Assembly: GCA_025558095.1 (NCBI GenBank)
Contig: JAIVFI010000016.1
Coordinates: forward strand, 434,001-498,000
Origin: Hyaloraphidium curvatum SAG 235-1
Taxonomy: Eukaryota > Fungi > Monoblepharomycota
Length of the DNA: 64,000 nucleotides
Reading direction: 5' to 3'
A program made the position numbers and the translations under genes. Of this stretch, positions 47,341 through 57,752 are shown piece after piece. Position 1 is the first letter of the stretch; the number at the start of each line of letters is the position of its first letter. A model generated the notes under the pieces. It saw only the letters and a program-made list of their open reading frames with translations, did not search any database and was not told where the DNA came from.

Positions 47341-49063
47341 CTAGTACCACTTAAACGGCTCGCTTGCGACGTGTTCGCACAGTTGAATCTTGGTGAGGTA
47401 AGCGTTGAGTCCGTCCACGCCCAAGTCCTTTCCGAAGCCCGACTTCTTGAGCCCGCCCCACGGCAGCTCGATGAGGGTCGGTTGCGAGCAGTTGATCCCT
47501 GCGCCGGCGGATCGGTTAGGGGGCAGCCGCAGAGAGGCAAGGCGATTCCCTCACATTTGATACCGGCGCGAATCTTGCTGGCAACCTGGCGAGCTTTTGC
47601 GGGATCGCCCGACATGACAGCGCACGCAAGGCCGTCTGCAAGCCGACGAATGAGGTTGAATCAAAAGCGTCGCCGTGGTACCCACACTCGGTCTGATTGG
47701 CCAATCGGACGGCCTCGTCAACCGACGAATACTCCATGACCGCCAAAACCGGGCCGAAAACCTCCTCCGTCCAGATTGCCATGTCCTCTTTAACGCCCGT
47801 GAGAATGGTAGGGCGCAAGAAGTACCCCTTCTTCAGATCGGCCGGCCGATCGGGACCGCCGGTCACGAGCTTGGCCCCCGCGGCGACAGCATCCCGGATG
47901 TACCGCTGGATCTTCTCGTACTGCCCCTTGCTCACGATCGGGCCCATTTTGGTGTCCTCTGCAAAGCCGTCGCCGACCTTGATGGCCTCGGCGTGCGCGA
48001 CGAGCTGCTTCAGCACCTCCTCGGAAATGCCGCTGGGAGCGAGCACGCGCGAGGTTGCAGAGCAGACCTGGCCCTGGTTGAAAAGAGGCACATCAGCGTC
48101 ACTCTCAGGGTGAAGAAAGAGCATCAGTTCTCGCCTGGTTAAAGAAAATGCCAAAGGAAATCCATTCGATCGTGTCCTTGCGCCCGGAGAGGGCATCTTC
48201 AAGGAGAACGAGGGGACTCTTGCCACCGAGCTCCAGGGTTACAGGGATGGGACCCGCGCTGGCTGCCATCATGATCCTGCGGCCCGTAGGGACAGATCCA
48301 GTGAAGGAAATCTTGTCGACGCCCTTGTTCGTCGAGAGAGCCTCGCCCGCTTCCGCGCCAAGACCAGGCACGATGTTGACGACGCCTTTCGGCAGGCCAA
48401 CAGCCAAAACGATCTTGCCAAATTCGATCGCGGAGATGGGCGTGAGTTCAGAGGGCTTCAAAACTAAAGACCGAGGTGAGCTAGAGTGATGACGTCTGTT
48501 GAGGGAGACCAACCGATTGTGCAGCCCGCCGCTATTGCCGGCGCCAGCTTCCAGGTCGCCATCAACAGAGGGTAGTTCCAGGGTACGATAGCGCCGACCA
48601 CACCGATGGCCACGCGCTCGGTTTCGGCAAGGTAAACGTCGGCCTGACCGTGCTCCACCTTTTCCGTGACAGGGATTTGCGTTATGAGCTTGGCGTAGTA
48701 CCTGAAAGTCCCCGCGACGTCGGCAATGTCTCCTTCGGCTTCCGTCTTGGGTTTGCCGTTGTCGAGGACCTCGATCTGCGCGAGCTTCGCCGCGTTCTTT
48801 TCCACCTCATCGGCAATGAGGTTGAGGTACCTTGCCCTCTCCGCGGGAGGAGTGTTCGACCAAGAATCAAAGGCTTCGCGAGCGGCCTCGACGGCCTTGT
48901 CCACGTCCGGCTTGCCCCCGAGAGGCATCTGGAACATAACCTCTTCGGTCGCGGGATTGACGATGGGAAGATATTTCCCGTTGGCGGGCTCGATGAACTC
49001 GTTGTTCACGAAGATGAGGCCCCTCTCGGCGACTCCGAGGTCCTTTAGCGTCGGCGCGGCCAT
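47341..49063 (-). CDS. Betaine/amino-aldehyde dehydrogenase (ALDH10 family)
   Basis: PWNYPLLMA.WK.APA, KPSE, FTGS, LELGGKSP, GQVCSATSR, EEVFGPV and C-terminal FKWY. Confidence 0.93.
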
Positions 49064-49352
49064 GATTCCGGGCGCGATGGCTTGAATCGGGCGCGGAAGC
49101 GGGGAAGAAGATTTGAGCGTGCGGCGGTGCGCGCTCAGCCCGCCGGAGTGATCACCTTCGCAACGCCGTTGCGCGCCCTACCTACAAGGAGGCAACAAGA
49201 GGGGAAAGAAGATGTCGCTGCGGATGGCACCGCTAGCATCGCTTTGTCTGACTCGAGGCTCGAGCTTTCGGGCCGAGTCCCGGGACGATGCGGGCGACCC
49301 AAAGGCACGTGTGATCGCGTCACTCGCCGACCGGCAAACAAAGACTTGAAAT

Positions 49353-50443
49353 ATGAACCACGAGCGAGACCACGCTGTTGCGGTCGACGGCGCCGGGGTG
49401 GAGGACCTCGTCAGAGATGTCACCATCGCGATCATCGGCGGGACGGGTCTCTACTCGCTCGAGGGGCTGAAGGTGCTCGGCGAAGTGTACCCGGAAACGG
49501 TGGGCTCTCGGCGCCTTCCGCGGACGCATCGCGGTCCTTCTGACATCCGTCCGATGAATCGCGCCATTCGGTCGTTTTTCAGCCCTGGGGATACCCTTCC
49601 GCGCCCATCACCATCTCGCAGACTGCGTCGGGGAACAAGGTCGCGTTCCTGGCCCGCCACGGCAAGGGCCACGCGATCAACCCCTCCGAGGTGCCCGTGC
49701 GGGCCAACATCGCGGCGCTGAAGCACATTGGCGTCCGCGTCATTGTTGCGTTTTCGGCCGTCGGCTCTCTCCAGCTCGAGATGAAGCCCAGGGACTTTGT
49801 CTTGCCCGACCAGATCATTGACCGGACCAAGGGCATCCGGCCCTCGACGTTCTTCGAGAGCGGGCTCGTGGCACACTGCTCCTTCTCGCACCCGTTCGAC
49901 GAGAAGCTGGCGGGCCTTATCTTTGAGAAGGGCGCCTCGTCGCTCCAGGGCGACAACGTCAAGATGCACAAGGGAGGCACGCTCATCGTCATGGAGGTGG
50001 GCCGCAAATTGGGTGAAAACTCATTGTCGCTAATGCCTGAGTACGTTTAGGGCCCTGCTTTCTCGACCCGGGCGGAATCGAACCTCTACCGGTCCTGGGG
50101 CGGCTCCATAATCAACATGTCGGCCCTCCCCGAGGCCAAGCTCGCGCGGGAAGCGGAAATCCACTACCAGATGGTGTGCATGTCGACCGACTACGACTGC
50201 TGGCACGAGGACGAGGAGCCCGTGACGGTCGAGGCCGTCGTGCGGAACCTGAACGCCAACAGCGCCAACGCGAAGAACCTCCTGAACGCTATTCTGCCGG
50301 CGCTGGAAAAGGCGGTGGAGGAAAAGGAGATTGGGTCGGAGCTGGCCGGGAGCATGAAGTGGGCTTGCGTGACCGCCCCGGAGGTGCGGAGCAAGGAGGC
50401 GCTCAAGAAGATCGAGTACATCCTCCCGGGCGTCTACGCTTGA
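49353..50443 (+). CDS. MEU1: S-methyl-5'-thioadenosine phosphorylase
   Basis: IIGGTGLY, TPWG.PS, FLARHG, ME|GPAFSTRAES, INMS.LPEAKLAREAE and STDYDCW. Two introns. Confidence 0.95.
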
Positions 50444-50624
50444 GATGTCAGTAGAGCAGCTGCAGTTTGCTTTTAGGATTAAACCTCAGAAGAAGCTACT
50501 CATACGGACTCGTTGGCGCAAAGACGCGGGCGTGCGCGCCTGCCCCTGGCCGATCACTCGGAACCGTTCGCCCGCATCGCCGCAATCCCGCTTCACTGCG
50601 CTGACCTCCGCACCGAGAGCCGCG

Positions 50625-51488
50625 ATGGCCGTTTCCCTCGCCCGAGTGAACCACGATTCGTCGTGGCTCCTCGCGGTCGGCGACGTCTGCGTCGTCCTCG
50701 ACCCATGGATCCTCGGCTCCAACATCGACTTTTCCCCCCACTTCTCGAAGCAGGACCACATCCTGCCCGTCGTTCCCATACCGGACCTGATCTCTCTCGC
50801 CTCCCGGCCGGGCGCGGAGACTGTCGTGGCCGTCTCCCACCGCTTCTCGGACCACTTCTCGCGGGAGACGCTGGTCGAGCTGCCGCGCTCCTGGCGGGCG
50901 ATCTGCGAGCCCCGGTGGGCGCTGGGCAAGGTCAAGGGGCTGCGACATTTCGGCACCGTGCTCGCGGCCGAGGAGTACCGTCCCGGGCTGACGCTCTCGA
51001 CGGCGGCGAGGGTGCCGGTCGGCAAGGCCGGCCGGACCATGTCGATGACCTTCTTCCGGGCCACGGGGATCACGGACGTGCTGCACAACCTGGTGCTGTT
51101 TTCCTTCTTCCTCCCCGGGGAGGAGAAGCCCGAGGCGGTGGTGGCCTACAGCCCGCACGGGTTCCGGGCCAACACGCTGATGGACGCCGTGGCCTTCCTC
51201 GCAGGCCGGACCGCGACGGTGCTGGTGTGCACCATCTCCGAGTACCGCATCCCGGAGCTGCTCGGGGGCACGCTCAACCTCGGCCTGGACGTGGCGGTGG
51301 GGATCGCGCGGGCGCTCGGGCCGAAGGCCGTGCTCGACACCCACTCCGAGGACAAGACCAAGGAGGGGTACATCGGCGGGCAGTCGCAGATGGTTCCGTC
51401 GGACCACGCGCGGGCGCAAACGGCGTTTGCCGAGGCGGGCACGCGGTACATCGAGCCCCCCGAGCTGGGCAAGTGGGTCGAGGTGTGA
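50625..51488 (+). CDS. Metallo-beta-lactamase-fold protein
   Basis: DSSWLL....VLDPW..G, SHRFSDH, YSPHG and DTH.E.K. Intronless. Confidence 0.75.
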   Translation: MAVSLARVNHDSSWLLAVGDVCVVLDPWILGSNIDFSPHFSKQDHILPVVPIPDLISLASRPGAETVVAVSHRFSDHFSRETLVELPRSWRAICEPRWALGKVKGLRHFGTVLAAEEYRPGLTLSTAARVPVGKAGRTMSMTFFRATGITDVLHNLVLFSFFLPGEEKPEAVVAYSPHGFRANTLMDAVAFLAGRTATVLVCTISEYRIPELLGGTLNLGLDVAVGIARALGPKAVLDTHSEDKTKEGYIGGQSQMVPSDHARAQTAFAEAGTRYIEPPELGKWVEV

Positions 51489-51562
51489 CCTGTGCGTATT
51501 CCACACAAGGAGAGAGATTGGAACGTGACGTGCTCAATCTGCACAACAGTCCGCCGCTTTCA

Positions 51563-52039
51563 TTACTTCGCTTTGCGCCTCCGTCTCGTCACTCTCCCAG
51601 TGGGTGGAGTTTCGCGTCGCGACGAGGGCGCGGGTTGCCTCGCTGCTGAGGTCGCCGACGCCCGGGCACGCCGCTTGGCGGGCTTCGGGGGCGACGCCTC
51701 CGCGAGGCGCGTTCGCAGCAGCTGCTCGACGAGCGCCCGCGGGAGCCCTTTGCCGGGATCGAAGTGCAGCGCCGACTTTGTGCGGCTGTACCCTGCGAGC
51801 TCCCCAACAAGCGCGTCGAGGGTTGCGCCGCTGAACGGGTAGTACGAGCAGCCCTTTGCGGTGGCGAGGAAGCCCGCAACGACTTTGCCGTCCACGCGGA
51901 ACGCGGGCATCGAGTACTTTATGCACTCCTCGGCGCCGGGCATGAGCTCGTGGATCGTGCGGCGCAGCGCCTGGAGCGCATCGCGGCGGTCGGGCTGCAA
52001 GGTGCGCAGATACGCGTCGATGGACGTCGGCGGGGCCAT
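51563..52039 (-). CDS. DUF1801/YdhG-like protein (bacterial type)
   Basis: IDAYL..L...RDALQALRRTIH...PGAEECIKYSMPAF..DGK.VAGF.A....SYYPFSG...LHF...LP..LV. Confidence 0.88.
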   Translation of the reverse strand: MAPPTSIDAYLRTLQPDRRDALQALRRTIHELMPGAEECIKYSMPAFRVDGKVVAGFLATAKGCSYYPFSGATLDALVGELAGYSRTKSALHFDPGKGLPRALVEQLLRTRLAEASPPKPAKRRARASATSAARQPAPSSRRETPPTGRVTRRRRKAK

Positions 52040-52173
52040 GGAATACACGAACACGCGATATCCGACGCGACAAGAGGCGCGCGCAGCTCGAAAGCTCGAA
52101 CGCATGCAGGTGCGCGTCGCTCGTGAGTGTCCGCAACGGCGTCGATTTCGATTCATCACCGCAGCGCGTCGAA

Positions 52174-54521
52174 ATGGCATCAGCGGCGTCGAATGAAATT
52201 GGAGCCGACGGAACAGCGCCAGCTTCCGCGGCTCCCGCCGCCGCCGGGCAGTCAGCCGCGCTGGACGGCGCCGAATCCACCGAGACGGACCCCGCCCAGA
52301 GCGAGGAAAACGCCGCCGCGTGGGCATCCCTGGACATATCCCTGTCGTGGCCCTCTTCTCGGCCTTCCTCCAGGAGTTTTATGCCGCGTACTCCCCCATT
52401 TTGGACGCTGCCAGGCCGCCGGCCCCCTCCTGTCGCTCTACTCTCTCCCTCCCGGCGCTGCTCCCTCTCCGGACGCGGTCACCACCTCCGTCGGCCCTCC
52501 AACCAGGATGCCTACATCATCGTCAAGGGGAAGGTCTACGACGTGTCCAAGTTCGCGGCCGAGCACCCAGGCGGCAAGAAGATCCTCCTGAACGTCGCCG
52601 GCAAAGATGCCTCGAAGCAGTTCGCCACCTTCCACTCCCCCGCCGTGGAATCGCAATGGTTGCCGAATCTTTACGTCGGCGACCTCGTCTCGGCGCTGCC
52701 CGCGCCGGCAGCCGGAGGAGCCGTGGCCGGAAAGAAGAACCAGTGGCTGACCGGCGACAACGAAGTCTTTGGGGACCTCGCGCCCTTCTGCGAGCCCGCC
52801 TGGTACCAGGACAACTGTGAGGATCGCTGCCACGGGGCCCTGCAACCTTATTCCCACACGGATGTCTCCGCCAGACACGCCGTACTACACCGAATCGCAC
52901 CGGAAGCTCCGCGCCTTCATGCGCAGCTGGGTGCAGGAGCACATCCTGCCCCAGGCGGAGGAGTGGGAGGAGCGGGCGGCCCGGCACGGCGAGTACCTCC
53001 CCAAGTCGGTCCACCAGGCTGCTGGGCGGGCGGGCATCCTTCGCGCGATCGCGGGGCCGGCGTCGTGGGGCAAGGGGAACGCGGTCGGGAAGATACCGGG
53101 GGTGCCGGCGCTGCCGGCGGGGATCCCGGAGGGCGAGTTCGATTTCTTTCACTGTCAGTCTTTTGCTTCGTCCCGCAGCGGGGAGACTCTGACGAACTTT
53201 CGGCCGACGAGAGCAAATCGTATGGGACGAGCTAATAAACAGCGGCAACCAGGGCCTGATTTCGGGCATCACCATTGGCGCCGCCTTTGCCGTGTCTGCG
53301 GTTGCCAAGTACGGGCGGATCGAGTTGGTCAGGAAGGTCGTGCCGGAGGTAATGAGGGGCGACGAGCAGATCGCGCTGATGATGTGAGTTAAGGGCATCT
53401 GGTGTCGACCATTGGCCTGACCCGGTATTCATCTTCAGCACCGAGCCTCACGCCGGATCCGACGTCCAAGGAATCCAGACCACGGCCAAGCTCTCTGACG
53501 ACGGGAAGCACTTTATCGTCAACGGCGAGAAGAAGGTTTGTATGCGAAAGTTGCCCCCATCCCTCTAGATCCGGTCTGAGTTGCTGCCCGCAGTGGATCA
53601 CGAACGGCAACTTTGCCACGTACTTTGCGACGGCCGTCCGCACGGGCGGCAGCGGCGGCGCCGGCATCTCGATCCTCCTCCTCAAGCGCGGCCCCGGGCT
53701 GACCACGCGGCACGTGTACACCGCGACCAGCGTGTTGGCCGGCACCGCGTACGTGTCGCTGGAGGACCACCTCGTGCCTGTGGAGAACATCGTGGGGGAG
53801 CTGAACGGCGGGTTCAAGGCGCTCATGCGTGGGTGCTTTGCACGGATGCTCGGGTTCGAGTGTGCTGATGGTTCGCGAAGTCAACTTCAACCGGGAACGC
53901 CTCACGCTCTGCAACCAATCCGTGCGCATGAGCCGGGTGGTCTTTGCCGATGCTCTGCACTACGCGGTGCGCCGTCCTGCGCTCATTTGCACGTCTCGCT
54001 GACCCCGATCCCCAGCACCGCCGCAAGACCTTTGGCAAGAACCTCATCGAGCACCCCGTCATCCGGGACAAGTTCGCGCAGATGGCGCGGCAGATCGAGG
54101 CCACGGCCGCGTGGCTGGACTTCATCGTTTACCAGCTCACCAGGTTCCCGGACGTGATTGCCGACACGAGGCTGGGCGGGCAGTGCGCGCTGCTCAAGCT
54201 GCAGGGGAGCAGGACGTTCGAGTACTGCGCGAGGGAGGCGTGCCAGATCATGGGCGGGATCGCGTACACGCGCGGCGGGCAGGGCGGGAGGGTGGAGCGG
54301 TGGGTGGCCGTTAGAGTGCGGGTGTGCATTGTTGATCGGGCCCGGTGCAGGATGTACCGCGAGGTCCGCGGCGTCGCGATTCCCGGTGGGTCGGAGGAGA
54401 TAATGAGCGATTTGGGGATGCGACAAAGTCTCAAGTGGGTCTCGTTGGCTCGGGGTGATCGTTTGTTCTGATGTCACCGTGGCATTGCAGGGCTGCCGAG
54501 CTGGCCGGCGCAACACTTTAG
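52174..54521 (+). CDS. Cytochrome b5-acyl-CoA dehydrogenase fusion (5' end uncertain)
   Basis: b5 domain VYDVSKF..EHPGG..I...AGKDA; ACAD motifs TEPHAGSDV, NGEKK|WITNG, FNRER and AIPGGSEEIM. Many introns; the protein ends ...AGATL. Confidence 0.9.
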
Positions 54522-54591
54522 GAGCCAGTAGTCCAACCACACTATATGGCCGGCCCAGATACGACCAAAGGACTTCTAATCGATCGCTGTC

Positions 54592-56300
54592 TCACATCCT
54601 CGGTTTGCAGCTATGTTTCTCGAGACTCCTCTTTGCGCCGTACTGCGGTAGGACAAATGAGAAAGCGCGGAACCAAGACAAAGCCGTAGCTCACCTCAAT
54701 GCCACACACTCCGCACTTGTAGAACACTCCCTTGTGCTTTCCATTGATGTGGCTAAAACAGGCCCCATTGGATTTGTACTAGCAACCCTTCAGCGGCGGC
54801 GCGGTCCGAGGGGACGAGATCACATACCTTCTGCCCGCACACGGAGCACGCCCACGGCTTGTTGCCGCTAACGCGGATCACCCGAGGCCGAGAATCCTGT
54901 GGGGTGCGTCAGTCAGTGTCCGAGAGAAAAAGACGCACAAGCCGCGGCGCGCCTCGTCGGATTTGCCCGCAGTGGCCTTCATTGTGGCCAAAAGCGAAAT
55001 CACGCCTCCCTCCTTCCCCTTGAGATCCTGCGCAATTGCCGGACCAAAGAGCTTGTGAACGACGTCCGAGACGATCCGCTTCTTCGCATCGGTCGACTTG
55101 GTCTCGTCCTTGATCGCCGACATGAGCGTCGGGTCCCCACGGAGCTGCTCGAGCCTAACGCGTCCAAGCACACGGAGTGCCTCCTGCCTCAGGTCCCCAA
55201 TCGCCTGTCCGCCGATAGAGGGGTTCACGCTGTGCGCCGCGTTGAGTGCCAGCCCGCCCTCTAGCCCCCCCATCTCGTCCCTCGTGTCCGGGCCAAGGTA
55301 CTCCTCCACCAGGTCCGCGGCCTTCATCCGCTGCACGCCCTCGGCGAGCTTGGGCGTCAGCCGCGCTCGCTGTCGGATTTCTCCTGGAAGACGAAGGCAG
55401 ACAGCAGCGCGACCACCTCGGCGGGCTCAAAGTCGGCGAAGAAATTGTCCAGCACGAGCTCCGTGAGCGCCAGCGCGTCTGCAGCGCGGCATGCGGCCGT
55501 TAGCGTCCGCAGCTGCGGCGCCGCCTCCAGCCGCCGGAAACCCACCTCGCACGCCACCCTCCCCTTGAGCCCCACCGTGCCGTCCTCGGCGATGTACTCC
55601 TTCCGCCGAAGCACCTCAACCAGAGGCAGGAAACACACGTGTTAGAGGAGGTCGGGGCACTGCATGCACTTGTACCTGAAAGCCCCTTGATCGTGCTCCG
55701 CCTCTCGGAATACAGCAGCTGGAAATCGAATTCCTTGATCTTGGCAAAGTCCACCTCGGCGATCGCCGGCCCGCGGTTGGTCGCCTCGGCCTGCTGCAGC
55801 AGCATCGCGGCGGCCTTGGCGACCTCGGCGGGCTTGTTCGCCGCCAACGCATCGAAGTCGGGTTTGACTGTCGCCGAGGTTATGCACGCGATCTCGGTCT
55901 GCGGGACCGTGAGCAGCTTGCCCTCCGCCGGATCCCGCTCCGGGGGCACGTGCACGCGGTTCGCGGGCAGCGAGGCGGCCAGCAGCCCCGGCGCCTCGGG
56001 CGTCGGCGGGTGCCACGCCCTGTCCCACAGCGCCAGCACCACCGCCGCGTCCCCGTCCCTCTTCACCAAGACAGCCACCGTGTTCGGGGGCGCCTGCGGC
56101 GACGACAGGGGCGCTCGGAGCGCTCAGGCGGCCCTCCATGCCCCTGGCGATCGACACCGTCTGCACGTACGCGCCGTAGACCACCCCGGGGAGCAGCGGC
56201 TGGATCTGGATGGCGCGGTTGGGCGTGCTCATGACCGTGATCTGCGCCGGGTTGTCGACCGGGTACCACGTGACCTGGTAGCGAGCGGCGCCAGCCCAAA
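54592..56300 (-). pseudogene. Chimeric pseudogene: FN3 fragment + Ski2 helicase fragment + C2H2 zinc-finger gene 3' part
   Basis: FN3-like YQVTW....I.PLLPG..Y..YV. Ski2-like YKCMQCPD and LKGRVACEV..ADAL.LTEL...FF......VALLSAFVFQEK, with frameshifts and a TAA. Spliced 3' exons encode WACSVCGQKYK...HINGKH..YKCGVCG. Confidence 0.72.
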
Positions 56301-56689
56301 GTTGACCGAGACGAGGGCCGAGAGCAGGGGGGCACGGCAAACGACGCGTCGGAACTCGGCCAGCGGGAGCGGGCGCGGTGCGGCGAGCGGCGCGCCGCGG
56401 CCAAGCGCACGGGGCGTGTGAAGCCTGTTCGGGAAGAGGACGGTCCATTCGCGCTGAGAAAAGAACGGCGTGCCGGCGTCGGGCGCCTCCATCTCGCTCC
56501 CCGTCTTCGAGGACATCGCGGCCAATGGTCATCATCTTCGCGGCGGGTCCCTCTTAGGCGGGATGCGAATTTCCTCGCCCGGGACTGCCGGGGGTTTGCG
56601 AAACGCCCGAGGTCGCTACAAAGCTCGCGACGGGCGCCGTGTTCGCCAAACTGCTGGGAGGGCCGAAGGTCCCTGGTGTTTCCGGCGCC

Positions 56690-57652
56690 ATGGAGCGGAT
56701 GCTGTTCCCTGAGGGAGCCGCGGAACCCGCGTGCGAGATGCCGCAGAAGATGAAGGCCACGCTGTCGTTGGAGCTGTTCCGGGCCGGGTATCCCATCTTG
56801 AGGCCCACCGTCGCCGTGTTCTACGAATGTTGACCACATGGTTGCGTGGAAAGAGCCGGGCAAGTTTTTTGGTGGGGAGGCTTTCGAGGCCGCCTTCGCC
56901 GCGCCGTCAGCTCTCGCAGTCTCACTGCTTCTGCACCTCGCCTTGGCCTCCAAATTCGTGCGGAAGCGGATGGCGGATGACCCTGAGCTGCTGCTTGCCA
57001 TCATGAGGTCTGCCGTGGCCTGCGTCTGCGGGGGCCGGGCGGCCGTCGCCGCGACAGCCGGCATGGGGCTCCGTTGCTCGCTGCGCAAGAACACACGATG
57101 CTCCTGACGTCGGTCTTGGCCGAGAGCAGCAAGGCGCTCTCAGCGTACCTCGCGGGATCGCGCGGGAAGACGGCGGGTAACGTTGCGATGGACGTTCTGA
57201 GGCTCTTCCACAACACGTGGTTCTCCAACGGCAAAGGCCCCGAGCGCAGGCCCACCGCGGACGACCCGTTCCTGGACCTTGCGTGCAGCTCCATCTGCAT
57301 CGTGCAAATGGTGAGACCCGACCTGCTGCGCTCGCACCCTGCCCAGGTGGATTTTCAGTCGACCGCCAAGAAGATCCGGGAAGCCAGCAGGAGCCTCCAG
57401 TGGCCCGCGGCGTCGGCGGAAGCGCGGGACCGTTGCGATCACTGCGACGCCGAGGGCAAGCTGAAGCGGTGCGCGCGGTGCGGGGTGGCGAGGTACTGCG
57501 GGGCCGAGTGCCAGCGCGCGGCGTGGGGCGAGCACAAGGCCCTGTGCACGGCCCAGCGGCAGACCGAACAGATGAGGGACGAACCGTGTGGGTGCTGCAC
57601 TGGCGGACACGTGCACGCAGCGGACGTTGCAAAAAGAGGAAAGAGGAGGTAG
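56690..57652 (+). pseudogene. MYND zinc-finger gene, apparently frameshifted
   Basis: MYND motif CDHC.....LKRCARC..ARYCG.ECQRAAW..HKALC. Upstream coding-like sequence is split over three frames (breaks at about 56830 and 57070). Confidence 0.55.
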
Positions 57653-57752
57653 TGCTGGGCTCCGGGAGCTTCGGCAAATGGGTCGAAGTGCGAAGCTAAG
57701 CATTCCATTCCCAAGCAATAGGCTTCCCTCCGCCCCTCTGGGGCGGCATAAA

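Noticed and set aside
52480-54521. Cytochrome b5 fused to acyl-CoA dehydrogenase as a novel fusion
   Set aside because: This architecture is already well known in fungi.
54560-57700. Autonomous transposon or Helitron explaining the pseudogene island
   Set aside because: No transposase or Rep-helicase ORF, TIRs, TSD or convincing terminal hairpin was found by eye.
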